A DNA stretch of 64,000 nt from an uncultured Bacteroidia bacterium (GTDB lineage Bacteria; Bacteroidota; Bacteroidia; Bacteroidales; UBA932): positions 72 to 64,071 of the forward strand of contig CACZXH010000008.1 in the NCBI GenBank assembly GCA_902785065.1. Reading direction: 5' to 3'. The notes under the pieces were generated by a model, which made no database searches, was not told the DNA's origin, and was given only the letters and a program-made list of their open reading frames with translations. Of this stretch, positions 28,350 to 38,019 are shown piece by piece (the stretch's first letter is position 1; each line of letters begins with the position of its first letter). Position numbers and translations under genes: made by a program.

Positions 28350-29950
28350 TCGACGGTAACTTCTGACAGTTTCATCCAGCCGTCGGCAGTCTTTTCCCGC
28401 TTGGCGGCAATTTGAATTCCGGGCACAGGGGTGCTCCGGGACAGGTCCAGGATAGCGACACCCCATTCATACCGGCCCGCCTTCACCCCGGATAGGGTGG
28501 GCGAAAACGTATATGACTTCGGCGTTCCATAGGTCCAGTCGCAGGGCTTGGCCGCATTGTCATAGAAGATGTGCACCGGTTTTCCCGTGGAAGGATCCAG
28601 GAGACCGAACCCCAAGCGGAAACGGTCCTTGAAAGGTTTGATATTGGTGGGACAGTAGGCCCAGCCCAAGTTGACCCAGCGATGCTCGATCTTGGCGGTG
28701 CTGCCAGCCGTCACCTTCTCCGGCAGGACAATCCGGTCCGGATACAGGCGATAGAACTGGGTGCGGATGGCTTCCAGCACCAGGTCGTAAGCCTCGTTGA
28801 ACCAGGACCAGGTCTCGCCCATCCCGATATTGGCATTGTAGCGGAAATCCATGGTATTGGCACAAGCGTCCCGGGCGTCGTCAAACTCGCCCCGGCGCAC
28901 CTCCGCCCAGTCTTTGTATCCGTCATTGTTGATGGCGGACATGGAATGGGAGGCCCTCACCCATCCACCCTCGGCATGGATGGGGACTTTCCATTTCTGC
29001 GTATGGATGAATCCCTTTTCCCACGAACCGTAGTAACCATGCATGCCGAAGGCTCCGCTCGTGAGGCACAAACCCTTGTCGATGCCTTTCTGAACAAGCC
29101 GCTGGCTGTCCGGATCGGTCTTGTCCCCGCTCCCGGTACCGATGGCCTTGTGGAAATTGATGCACACCGGCACCTTGTCGAAGATTTCCAGGAACAGGTC
29201 CGAGAAATAGTCGAAGACCGGTTCGCGGGGGGTCTCGTCTCCCGTGGAGTAGATACAGGAGTGATACTCACCCCACTTGCCAATGCCCCAGGAGCCCATC
29301 CAATCCACTTCATCGGGATTGTTGAACTCCTTGGCGAAAGCCCGGAGGAATTTCTCGTAGCACTGCTGGAAGACAGGGTCGTCCGGGTAGGGCGTCCAGA
29401 CCTTGGCCGATCCCGTCGTGGACTCGAAGCCCTTGGCGCCCTTGGCGCGGACATAATCCGGGCAGGCGTTCTCATGCAGGTCCCGGCTGTCGGTCCGGAG
29501 CTGGAAAATGAGTTTGAGACCGCGGGCGCGGGCGCCGTCCCGCAGCATCCGGAAGCGCCGGGCCGGCTTGGTATTGCAGGCTTCGTCCCAGAAGTAGAGA
29601 CCTTCTTCCGGCTCGGCCTGCGACCAGTTCGAACGGATCAGCAGCGCGTTGGCATAGTCGCTCACTTTCACCTTTCCCACAGCCGAGTCCATGTTGTCGT
29701 ATTCCTGCCAGAAATTGTCCGACAACCCGTCTCCCAGGCCGGAATAGATGACCCAGCCACTGAAGGGATTGCGGTACATGGTCTCCCGGTCCGGGACGAT
29801 GCTGACGGTGGCGTAAGTCGTCTCCTGTGGCCGGGAATCCCCGCCCGGTCCTTCCGCCGGCTCTTTACAGGCCGCGACCATTGCCGCCATCAAGAGTATG
29901 GCGGCAATGGAACGGGACCCAAAACTGATCGCTTGCGGATTCATCGGCAC
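28346..29950 (-). CDS. DUF4832-like lipoprotein, putative clan GH-A glycanase (copy 1)
   Basis: Lipobox VAAC; RNPFSGW, WSQAEPEEG.Y.W, GKWGEYH, AEGGW; C-terminal Ig-like module; start may be the ATG at 29944. Confidence 0.65.
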   Translation of the reverse strand: MPMNPQAISFGSRSIAAILLMAAMVAACKEPAEGPGGDSRPQETTYATVSIVPDRETMYRNPFSGWVIYSGLGDGLSDNFWQEYDNMDSAVGKVKVSDYANALLIRSNWSQAEPEEGLYFWDEACNTKPARRFRMLRDGARARGLKLIFQLRTDSRDLHENACPDYVRAKGAKGFESTTGSAKVWTPYPDDPVFQQCYEKFLRAFAKEFNNPDEVDWMGSWGIGKWGEYHSCIYSTGDETPREPVFDYFSDLFLEIFDKVPVCINFHKAIGTGSGDKTDPDSQRLVQKGIDKGLCLTSGAFGMHGYYGSWEKGFIHTQKWKVPIHAEGGWVRASHSMSAINNDGYKDWAEVRRGEFDDARDACANTMDFRYNANIGMGETWSWFNEAYDLVLEAIRTQFYRLYPDRIVLPEKVTAGSTAKIEHRWVNLGWAYCPTNIKPFKDRFRLGFGLLDPSTGKPVHIFYDNAAKPCDWTYGTPKSYTFSPTLSGVKAGRYEWGVAILDLSRSTPVPGIQIAAKREKTADGWMKLSEVTVE

Positions 29951-31575
29951 TAGCGTTTATCGAACACGACGGTCATCGCGTCAATGTTCACTTCCACATA
30001 ATTGGCGCCTTCCGGAATGACAAAGTAGGCGTAGCGGTTGTCTCCCTGGCCTCCCCGGATTTCCGAGACATCGCCCAGGGCGGGCTCGACGGTTCCGGTG
30101 TAGCTATTGCGCTTGGCTTCGGCCATAGAGCCGTAGGCATACACATTGTTCTGGATGTTGGTCACCAGGAAAGTGAGCCAGGCTGGGCCGGAAGTGGCGC
30201 CTGTGACGGAGTTCTTGGAGTTGTAGTTCCCACTCTTGCGGGGCAGCTCTTCCCCGTAATAGACGAACACGTACGGGTTGGCAAGACTCTGCTTGAGGGT
30301 GTACTGGCGCTGGAAGCCCGCAAGCAGGTCCGGATCCTTGTCCATGGCATTGAATCCGCCCCACATCCACAGCTCGGTAACCTCCTGCTGGAAAGGATTG
30401 ATTCCGGCCACGGTGTTGTTGAAGCTCACCACCTTGTTCTGAGGGTCGGTCGCCGGTGAGTAGATGGCGATGGTCTTGGCGTCGGTATCCACCACCACCC
30501 GGTAAATGCCGTCGGAGGGGATGCTCCAGTATTTGACCGAAGTCTGGCTGGTCAGGGCCTGGCCGAAGGAGACTGCCGTACCATCGGTGATTTCATGGCT
30601 GTCGGAAGCGGGGACGATGGACAGGGTCCTGGCCTCCTCGAACTCCACCGGGATGTATAATGTGCCGGCCTTCAGAGCCCCGTGGAACGCGTAAACCGCG
30701 GAGTTCTCCACCGTAGGCGGGAGAAGGACCTCCTCCTCGAGCGAGCTGCCAGCCAGATAGAGGGCGTCCGACTCGAAAATCTGGGACGACGGAATCACGG
30801 TCACCGTCTTCGTATTGAAATTCAAGGTGACGCGGTAGCTCTCCGACGAAGGAATGAGCCAGTAGGCGGCCTCGGATGCATCCTTGGCGGTAGCGGCCTG
30901 GGCCTCGCCGGTCACGGCCGTATCCTGTCCGGAAGCCGGGACGATGACGTTGTTCTCCTCGCCGTAAATCACGGGGAAATTCAGCTTGCCCGCCGCCAGG
31001 TTGCCGTTATAGACATAAAGCGCTGCGTTTTTGGGACTGGGAGCCAGTTCGACCGGGGTCGCCCCCACCGCCGTGCCGCCCATGAACACCTTGTCAGCCG
31101 CAAACTGCTTGGGGCCGTAGGTCTTGACGGTCACCACCACCGACGACATGTCGGGAATCACGATGCGGGGGCCGGAGTAACTGGCGGTCACATTGAACTT
31201 GAGCGGGACCACCGTGCTGGTCAGCTGGCCGAAATGGCCAACCAGCATGTCCTGCAGTTCCTTGTGGGTATAGCTGCGGGTGAAGCGTCCTTCGTCCTCG
31301 TATTCGCTGATGGGAGAAGCCTTGGAAGCGGAGACGTCCATGGAATACTCGTAGGTCATGATGAAATCGCTGCCATAATCGAAGGCAGGGGTCCAGGAGA
31401 CGGTGAGGGCCACCTCGTTGGGCCGGGCCTCGTCCAACACCACGGAAGGGGCCGAAGCCGAAATCTCCATGATGGCGTTGTAGTTGGACTTCTCGTTGTC
31501 GATCTGGTGTTTGTTGCAGGCGCCGGCCGCCAGAAGCGTCAGGACCGCAAGGGTAAGGTTGGTTATCGCTTTCAT
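29950..31575 (-). CDS. SusE/SusF-like surface glycan-binding lipoprotein
   Basis: Lipobox AGAC, position right after susD, repeated beta-sandwich modules (VFMGG, LYLAGS, LWMWGG; YRVTLN/YRVVVD). Confidence 0.75.
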   Translation of the reverse strand: MKAITNLTLAVLTLLAAGACNKHQIDNEKSNYNAIMEISASAPSVVLDEARPNEVALTVSWTPAFDYGSDFIMTYEYSMDVSASKASPISEYEDEGRFTRSYTHKELQDMLVGHFGQLTSTVVPLKFNVTASYSGPRIVIPDMSSVVVTVKTYGPKQFAADKVFMGGTAVGATPVELAPSPKNAALYVYNGNLAAGKLNFPVIYGEENNVIVPASGQDTAVTGEAQAATAKDASEAAYWLIPSSESYRVTLNFNTKTVTVIPSSQIFESDALYLAGSSLEEEVLLPPTVENSAVYAFHGALKAGTLYIPVEFEEARTLSIVPASDSHEITDGTAVSFGQALTSQTSVKYWSIPSDGIYRVVVDTDAKTIAIYSPATDPQNKVVSFNNTVAGINPFQQEVTELWMWGGFNAMDKDPDLLAGFQRQYTLKQSLANPYVFVYYGEELPRKSGNYNSKNSVTGATSGPAWLTFLVTNIQNNVYAYGSMAEAKRNSYTGTVEPALGDVSEIRGGQGDNRYAYFVIPEGANYVEVNIDAMTVVFDKR

Positions 31576-31579
31576 GGTA

Positions 31580-33283
31580 TCAATAGCCTTCGTTGTTCTT
31601 CAAATGGTCGTTGGAGAGTTCGATATCGTGCGTCGGGATGGGCAGGAGGTACTGGCGGGCGGGGAAATTGCGCTTGGCGCCTTCCTCACACAGGCCGGCT
31701 TCCTTCAGCGGAGCGAAATCGGCCATGCCGTCCTCGTCGATCTGAGGAGTCTGCCCCCAGAACCACTTGCCCTTGTTCACCACCTTGTCCAGGCAGTCCG
31801 CCGGAGCCAGGTTGATGTAGTTGTACTTGTTGAGCGCCTTCTCGGCCAGGCGCCAGCGGATCAGGTCGCGGTAACGAAGGCCTTCGAAGGCCAGTTCGAC
31901 GCGGCGCTCCAGACGGACCGCCTTACGGAGGGTCGCCTGATCCGCCGCCGTGACCGCGGGATACAGGTTGGTCGCCGCATGGTTCACGCCATAGGCGCGG
32001 GCGCGCACCCGGTTGATGGCTTCCCGGACGGTGTCGTCGATTTCGTTCAGTTCGATCTTGGCCTCGGCATACATCAGGAGGACGTCGGCATAGCGCATGA
32101 TGATGTAGTCGCACTGGACCTGCTTGCCATTCTCCGTCCAGGTGGCGTCCACTCCCTTCTTGAGCAGGAGACCGTTATAGCTGGCGTACTGGTTTACGGC
32201 ACGGCTGTCCTGGTTGGCCTGCATGGCCCCGGTGTTGTAATTCATCACTTGGGTGGCGGCGGGAGAAGGATCGAACTCGAAACCGCAGTGCTGGGTGTTG
32301 AACTCCACGATGGTCTTGGCGCAGCGGGGATCCCGGTTCATGAAAGGATGCAGGCTATCGAATAGCGGAGACTCGTCGATGGGCAGACCGTCCACGCACA
32401 GATAGGCGGCGAGCAGGTCCCAGGAGGGAGTATACGAGGCATAACCGCCGGCATTGCGGGGCAGGGAGTTGTTTACATACCACACGTCCAACACCATGCT
32501 GCTTTCGATGGACCGGGGAATGGCGAAGATCTTCTCTTTCACCAGGCCCGTATTCTGCCAGAAGATATTGGAATAATCGGCTTCCAGATCATATCTGTTG
32601 AGCTTGATGCAGTTGTCGGCGGCCTCGGCGGCGACGGCCCAGTCCCCGGCATAGAGGGCGTAACGGGCCTTCATCGCATAGGCGGCACCCTTGGTGAAGT
32701 GCACGGCGGACATCCCCCAGTCGACAGGCAGGCGCTCGATGGCCTTGTCGAAGTCCTCGTACATCCGGGAAATGACCTCGTCCTTGGGCATGCGGCCGTT
32801 CTGCTCGGCTTCCTGGATCGTCTGGTAATGGGCTATGTAGGGAACGTCTCCGAAGAAGGTGACGAGGTCGCCGTACTTGCATGCGCGGGCGAAATAGGCC
32901 TCGCCTTCGTAGCGCATCACTTGGTCCTCGGCCATGCCGGCTTCCCGGGCGCGGTCGATCTTGTCCAGGAGGGAGTTCGCACGGGCGATGAGCTTGTAGG
33001 CCTGCTGCCAGATGGTGTAGGCGTCATAGGACTGTCCGTTCACGGTCCCTTCCAGGATGGCGTTGCGGTTGGTGTTGCGATAGGTGAAGTTGTCGGACCA
33101 CTGCTCCTGGGCAATGAGGTAGTCCCAGTAACCCAGCACGTAGAATTCGTTCACCGCCATGTTCAGTTCAATCTCAGTGGTATACCAAGAGTCGCTGTTT
33201 CCCTGACTGAGGGGAGTCATGTCCATGGACACGCAGGAAGCGAGCGTAAGCGCTGCGGAGAGTATGATGATAGCTTTTTTCAT
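31580..33283 (-). CDS. susD: RagB/SusD family lipoprotein (PUL2)
   Basis: Lipobox LASC, MRYADVLLMYAEA, ERRVELAFEGLRYRDLIRW. Confidence 0.93.
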   Translation of the reverse strand: MKKAIIILSAALTLASCVSMDMTPLSQGNSDSWYTTEIELNMAVNEFYVLGYWDYLIAQEQWSDNFTYRNTNRNAILEGTVNGQSYDAYTIWQQAYKLIARANSLLDKIDRAREAGMAEDQVMRYEGEAYFARACKYGDLVTFFGDVPYIAHYQTIQEAEQNGRMPKDEVISRMYEDFDKAIERLPVDWGMSAVHFTKGAAYAMKARYALYAGDWAVAAEAADNCIKLNRYDLEADYSNIFWQNTGLVKEKIFAIPRSIESSMVLDVWYVNNSLPRNAGGYASYTPSWDLLAAYLCVDGLPIDESPLFDSLHPFMNRDPRCAKTIVEFNTQHCGFEFDPSPAATQVMNYNTGAMQANQDSRAVNQYASYNGLLLKKGVDATWTENGKQVQCDYIIMRYADVLLMYAEAKIELNEIDDTVREAINRVRARAYGVNHAATNLYPAVTAADQATLRKAVRLERRVELAFEGLRYRDLIRWRLAEKALNKYNYINLAPADCLDKVVNKGKWFWGQTPQIDEDGMADFAPLKEAGLCEEGAKRNFPARQYLLPIPTHDIELSNDHLKNNEGY

Positions 33284-33295
33284 GATTGCATGGTA

Positions 33296-36200
33296 TTAGA
33301 ATTTGATGGAGACGCCGGCAAGCACCGTGGTGGTGATGGGATATGAGGTGTACCCCATCTCGGGATCCCAGCCCTGAGGATAATGGCTGAGAGAGAAAAG
33401 GTCGGAGGCGCTGGCATAGATGCGCACCCGCTTCAGGGAGACCGCGTCAACCCACTTTTCGGGAAGGGTGAAGCCCAACGTGACGTTCTTCAGGCGGAAA
33501 TACGCGCCGTTGAACATCCAGTAGTCGGAAATTGCATAGTTGTTGGAGATTCCCACCTTGGTCAGGCGCGGATATACCGCAGCCGCATTCTCCTCGGCGG
33601 TATTGAAAGGGCTCCAGTACTTGCCGTCGATGATGGCGGGGATGTTGCCATAGTTGTCGCGGAGCGGCTGTACCATGGCGGAGCCGAGATAGGAGTTCTT
33701 CATGCCGATTCCCTGGAAGGCCATGGAGAAGTCGATGTTCCTCCAGGAAAGGTTCACCGTGCCGCCGTACTGGAAGCGGGGCAGCTGGTTGCCCAGCACC
33801 ACCCGGTCGTACTCCGGAGAGATCTTGCCGTCGGGGACGCCGTCGGGGCCAGAGATGTCCTTGTACTTGACATCGCCCACCGCCACCGTGCTGTTCAGCT
33901 TGGCAGAATTGACCACGTCGTCCTGGGTCAGGAAGAGACCATCGCTCTGATAGCCGTAATAGGCGTTGTAGTATTCACCGGCCCGCTGGATGGTGCTGCT
34001 GCCGATGATGTCGGCGTCGTTGAGATAATCCATCCGGGACAGGAAGTCGGACACGTTGGCATTGATGCTGTAGGCAAAGTCGCCGGCCCGGTCGTGCCAG
34101 CCCAGTTCCAGATCCCAGCCGCGGGTGCTCATGCGGCCGGCATTGGTGCGGGGATTGCTGTAACCCATCGCCCAGGGAATCTCGATGGAAAGGAGCATGC
34201 CGTCAGTGGACTTGGTGTACCAATCGAAGCCCATGGAGAGGCGGTCCTGGAAAAAAGTGGCGTCAAAACCGAGGTCAAGGGACGTGGTGGTCTCCCAAGT
34301 AATGTCCTCCACGGCCAGACCACGCTGTGAAGCCGTCTTTCCCGAGTTCACATCGCCATCCTTGTAGAAGAGCGCGTCACCGAAGCTCATCAGGGCCAGG
34401 TAAGGGAAATAGTTGTCGCCGATGCGCTCGTTGCCCAGCATGCCCCAGCTGACCCGGAACTTGAGGAAAGACAGGACGGGCTTGAGAGGCTGCATGAAGG
34501 ATTCCTCGCTCAGGACCCAGCCGGCCGATACGGACGGGAAAGTTCCCCAGCGGTATTTCCGGGCGAAACGGGAAGAGCCGTCGTGACGCACATTGGCCTG
34601 GAAAAGATAGCGGTCGGCATAATCATACATGACGCGGCCGAAGAAAGAGTTGGAGGTGTATTCGCTGCCGCTGCCAGAGTTCTCCATATAATCCTCGGGA
34701 CCCACGTTCAGGTAAGGATACTGGATCAACTCATACTGGTCACGGGCGGCCGTGAGGGATTCGCTCATCATCACGTAATTCTCAAAGCCGGCCATGGCGC
34801 TGAAGTGGTGCTTGGTCCCGAACGTGTGATTGTAGTTGACCAGGAGCTGTGACGTGACGTTGTAATTGTCGTTGCGGGTCTCGCTTAACTTATTGGTGGC
34901 GTAGGAAGAGCCGCCCCCTTCCAGCCATCCGCCGAAAGCATCGGGATCATCCATCAGCGTATAATAGACGGCATTCTTGAACTGCTTGCTCTTGGTGTAG
35001 TTGATGAAAGGCGAGACGACCGCCTGGATGCTCAGGTCCTTGATGGGTTTGAATTCAATGGTGCCCTTGCCACCCAACTGGGTGCTCCAGGAGGTGTTGT
35101 TGCCACCGTGCAGCAGCAGGCCATAGGGATTGGCGCCCGACTTGCCTTCGGCGATACGGCCGTCATCCCAGACGGCGGCATACACGGCAGGGGTCTTGCG
35201 CATGTCGCTGAACGGACTATACACGGTTGTGCGGTTCTTTCCGCGGCGGACATTGATGTCCAGCGAGGCGAAGAGCTTGTCCTTGATGATGGTGAAATCG
35301 TTGTTGGTACGCAGCATATAGCGCTGGAAACCGCGGCCTTCATACAGACCATCCACTTCGTCATAGGAGAGAGAGACCTTGGTGCGGACCGATTCGTTAC
35401 CGCCCGAGACCGACAACTGGTGGGTCGTCCGGGGGGCATAGTCCTTCATCATCAGACCGCGCCAGTCGGTGATGGGATAGTGATTGGGATCCGTCGCATT
35501 GTTCTTGACCCAGTTCTTGACCTGATCGGCTGAATAGAGCTGGAAGAATCCGGCAGAGTTGTTGTCGTTGTACAGCAGTTCATTGGACATTTCCAGGAAA
35601 CGGGTCACGCCCACCATATCGGGTTCGGCCGTGGGAATCTCCAGGCCGTACTCGCCGGTGTAGGTGAGACTCATGGCCGACTGTTCGCCTCGCTTGGTAG
35701 TGATGAGGATGACGCCTGCGGCGGCCTTTGAACCATAGATGGAAGCGGCGGCGGCATCCTTCAGGACGGAGATGCTCTGTACGTCGGAGGGGTTCACGTA
35801 GTCCATGCTGCTGACCTGAACGCCATCTACGATAATGAGCGGGTCAGACGTGCCGATGGTCGTGATACCACGTACGCGGATGCTTCCGGCCGATGCGCCC
35901 GGTGCCGAATTGTCCCGGGTAACCATCACGCCGGACATGGCGCCCTGCAAGGCGGTTGAGAGGGTGGTCGTCTTCTTTGCCTCAAGGTCTTCGCCACGCA
36001 CGGAGGCAACCGAGCCGGTGAGATCCTTGCGCTTGACCGTACCGTAACCGATCACCACCACCTCGTCAAGGAGTTTGGAATCGGGTTCCAGGGTGATTTC
36101 GACACGGGCCCTGTTTCCGGGGACCACATCCTGGTCGACATAGCCGATGTACGACACCGTGAGTGTGGCCCCCTGCGGGTAATCCAGGGTAAAGGAGCCG

Positions 36201-36382
36201 TCGACTCCGGTGGTCGTTCCAGTGGTCGTCCCTTTCACGAGCACGGCGGCTCCGATGAGCGGCTCGCCGTTTTCGTCGAAGACCACGCCGGTAAGCCTTG
36301 CGTTCTGTGCGGTGACGGCCAGAGAGGCGAGCATCAAGCACACGGTCGCGAGGATACTCAATGTACTGTGGATTTTTTTCAT
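33296..36382 (-). CDS. susC: SusC-like TonB-dependent transporter (PUL2), intact
   Basis: EVVVIGYG, VLKDAAAASIYGSKAAAGVILITTKRG plug motif, C-terminal GVSIKF. Confidence 0.95.
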   Translation of the reverse strand: MKKIHSTLSILATVCLMLASLAVTAQNARLTGVVFDENGEPLIGAAVLVKGTTTGTTTGVDGSFTLDYPQGATLTVSYIGYVDQDVVPGNRARVEITLEPDSKLLDEVVVIGYGTVKRKDLTGSVASVRGEDLEAKKTTTLSTALQGAMSGVMVTRDNSAPGASAGSIRVRGITTIGTSDPLIIVDGVQVSSMDYVNPSDVQSISVLKDAAAASIYGSKAAAGVILITTKRGEQSAMSLTYTGEYGLEIPTAEPDMVGVTRFLEMSNELLYNDNNSAGFFQLYSADQVKNWVKNNATDPNHYPITDWRGLMMKDYAPRTTHQLSVSGGNESVRTKVSLSYDEVDGLYEGRGFQRYMLRTNNDFTIIKDKLFASLDINVRRGKNRTTVYSPFSDMRKTPAVYAAVWDDGRIAEGKSGANPYGLLLHGGNNTSWSTQLGGKGTIEFKPIKDLSIQAVVSPFINYTKSKQFKNAVYYTLMDDPDAFGGWLEGGGSSYATNKLSETRNDNYNVTSQLLVNYNHTFGTKHHFSAMAGFENYVMMSESLTAARDQYELIQYPYLNVGPEDYMENSGSGSEYTSNSFFGRVMYDYADRYLFQANVRHDGSSRFARKYRWGTFPSVSAGWVLSEESFMQPLKPVLSFLKFRVSWGMLGNERIGDNYFPYLALMSFGDALFYKDGDVNSGKTASQRGLAVEDITWETTTSLDLGFDATFFQDRLSMGFDWYTKSTDGMLLSIEIPWAMGYSNPRTNAGRMSTRGWDLELGWHDRAGDFAYSINANVSDFLSRMDYLNDADIIGSSTIQRAGEYYNAYYGYQSDGLFLTQDDVVNSAKLNSTVAVGDVKYKDISGPDGVPDGKISPEYDRVVLGNQLPRFQYGGTVNLSWRNIDFSMAFQGIGMKNSYLGSAMVQPLRDNYGNIPAIIDGKYWSPFNTAEENAAAVYPRLTKVGISNNYAISDYWMFNGAYFRLKNVTLGFTLPEKWVDAVSLKRVRIYASASDLFSLSHYPQGWDPEMGYTSYPITTTVLAGVSIKF

Positions 36383-36411
36383 AATTGTTTTATTGTTTGA
36401 CAGTGATTTCT

Positions 36412-37911
36412 TTATTTAATCAGGATGGAGTTCACGCACACCCAGCCGCCTGCTTTGAGAGCGGGGTCGACCGCCACTTCCAGGCCGGGATTCTGGTCCT
36501 TCTTCCGGTCCACCAGACCGACAGCCAAGGTGTAGCGCCCTGGTGCGACACCTTCCAAGGAGACTTCCTGGGAATAGACGAAGGTTTTCCCCTGGCGCCA
36601 GTCGGACAGGACAGTGCTGTCCGATGCCCATTTGGCCACCGCATTCCCTTCCCCGTCCAGAAGCGCGACCCCGACCGTGTAACGGCCGTTCCACTGGGGA
36701 ATGTTCACCGGGCAATAGCCCCAACCCATATTCCGCCAGGCGTACCGGACTCGGAGCGTGCCGCGGGCGCTGCGAGGCGCCTTCACCCATTCGGGATAGA
36801 GGCGGTAGCCACCCTCGGCCACGAAACGCTTCACGAGGTCGAACTCCTGACCGAACCAGGAGCGTACCTCGTCGTTCACGCGCAGGTCCATCATATTCAC
36901 CCGCGCCTCACGAGCGGCCACAAACTCACCCTGACGCACATCTTCCGAGTGACCTTCGCGGTAGGCACCGGAAGGGTCGGTCCAGTAGCGGTGGTGGGCG
37001 GCGGTAATCCAGCCTCCCTCCAAGATGATGGGGCGCTTGAAATTCCATTCGGCCGCAAAGGCCTTTTCCCAATCCTGATAGTAGCCATTCATGCCAAAGG
37101 CGTCATGACGCAGGCTGTAGCCGTTGTCAATAGCCTGGCGAAGGAGCCGTTCCGACACCTCCGAGACCGGGCCCCAGCCGTCCTCGGAGACTTCCCCCAG
37201 CAGACGGTGGTAGTTGATGACCAGCGGGATTTCTGTAAAGGTACGCGCGTATAGACCGGTGATCCAGGCCATCACTTCGCTGTTCTTGCCGGGATCCTTG
37301 TAAATAAGGCTGTGGCCCTCTCCCCACTTGCCCAGGCCATAGGCATCGATGAAGTCCACCTTGTCTATGTCGTTGTACTCCTTGGCCAGCGCCTCCACGA
37401 AGCGGGAATACTTCTCCTGGAAAACCGGATCGTCGGGATAGGGAGAGCGGACCTCGCGGCTTCCCACCCGGGAAATGAAATATTCCGCGCCCGCGTCGAA
37501 CACATAGTCGGGCGTATTCTGGCCCTGGTCCCGTCCATCCACGACGATGCGGAAGGAGAGTTTCATACCCCGGTCCAGAATGGAACGGAAAAGGCGGTTG
37601 AGGCGGGACTCGGGATCCTCCCACGCGTATTTTCCTTCCTCGGGTTCGAAGGAGACCCAGCTCGTACGGACATAGGCGGTATTGGCATAGTCCGAGACCC
37701 GGACGGTCGTTCCTTCCGAGGTCGGAATCGCATCATAGCCGGATTTCTCCCAGAATGTCTCGTCCCAGTCGCGGCGGAGGTACATGACCCAGCCGTTGAG
37801 GGGGTTGCGAAGGACGGTCTTGGTATCCGGGGTGAATTCCACTTTTCCCGGAGTGCAGCTGGCGAAGAGCAACAGGGCGCTGATCAGCAGGGTGGTGTAT
37901 CGTTTCATCAT
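36412..37911 (-). CDS. DUF4832-like lipoprotein, putative clan GH-A glycanase (copy 2)
   Basis: Paralog of 28346-29950: RNPLNGW, DYAN, YPDDPVFQ, GKWGEGH, LEGGW; lipobox FASC. Confidence 0.65.
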   Translation of the reverse strand: MMKRYTTLLISALLLFASCTPGKVEFTPDTKTVLRNPLNGWVMYLRRDWDETFWEKSGYDAIPTSEGTTVRVSDYANTAYVRTSWVSFEPEEGKYAWEDPESRLNRLFRSILDRGMKLSFRIVVDGRDQGQNTPDYVFDAGAEYFISRVGSREVRSPYPDDPVFQEKYSRFVEALAKEYNDIDKVDFIDAYGLGKWGEGHSLIYKDPGKNSEVMAWITGLYARTFTEIPLVINYHRLLGEVSEDGWGPVSEVSERLLRQAIDNGYSLRHDAFGMNGYYQDWEKAFAAEWNFKRPIILEGGWITAAHHRYWTDPSGAYREGHSEDVRQGEFVAAREARVNMMDLRVNDEVRSWFGQEFDLVKRFVAEGGYRLYPEWVKAPRSARGTLRVRYAWRNMGWGYCPVNIPQWNGRYTVGVALLDGEGNAVAKWASDSTVLSDWRQGKTFVYSQEVSLEGVAPGRYTLAVGLVDRKKDQNPGLEVAVDPALKAGGWVCVNSILIK

Positions 37912-37956
37912 GGACCTTAGTTTCGTGTTCTGCCGCTAAGGTAGGAAGATCCCGAA

Positions 37957-37999
37957 GAAACCACTCCCGCTCACGTACGGAAATGGTTTCATTTTGTAC
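37957..37999. promoter_or_regulatory. Candidate HTCS operator upstream of the PUL2 operon
   Basis: Inverted repeat GAAACCA-N20-TGGTTTC and two GTAC motifs 21 bp apart (37975, 37996) in the 108 nt gap. Confidence 0.35.
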
Positions 38000-38019
38000 A
38001 CCCCCGTTTCCAGACCCTT

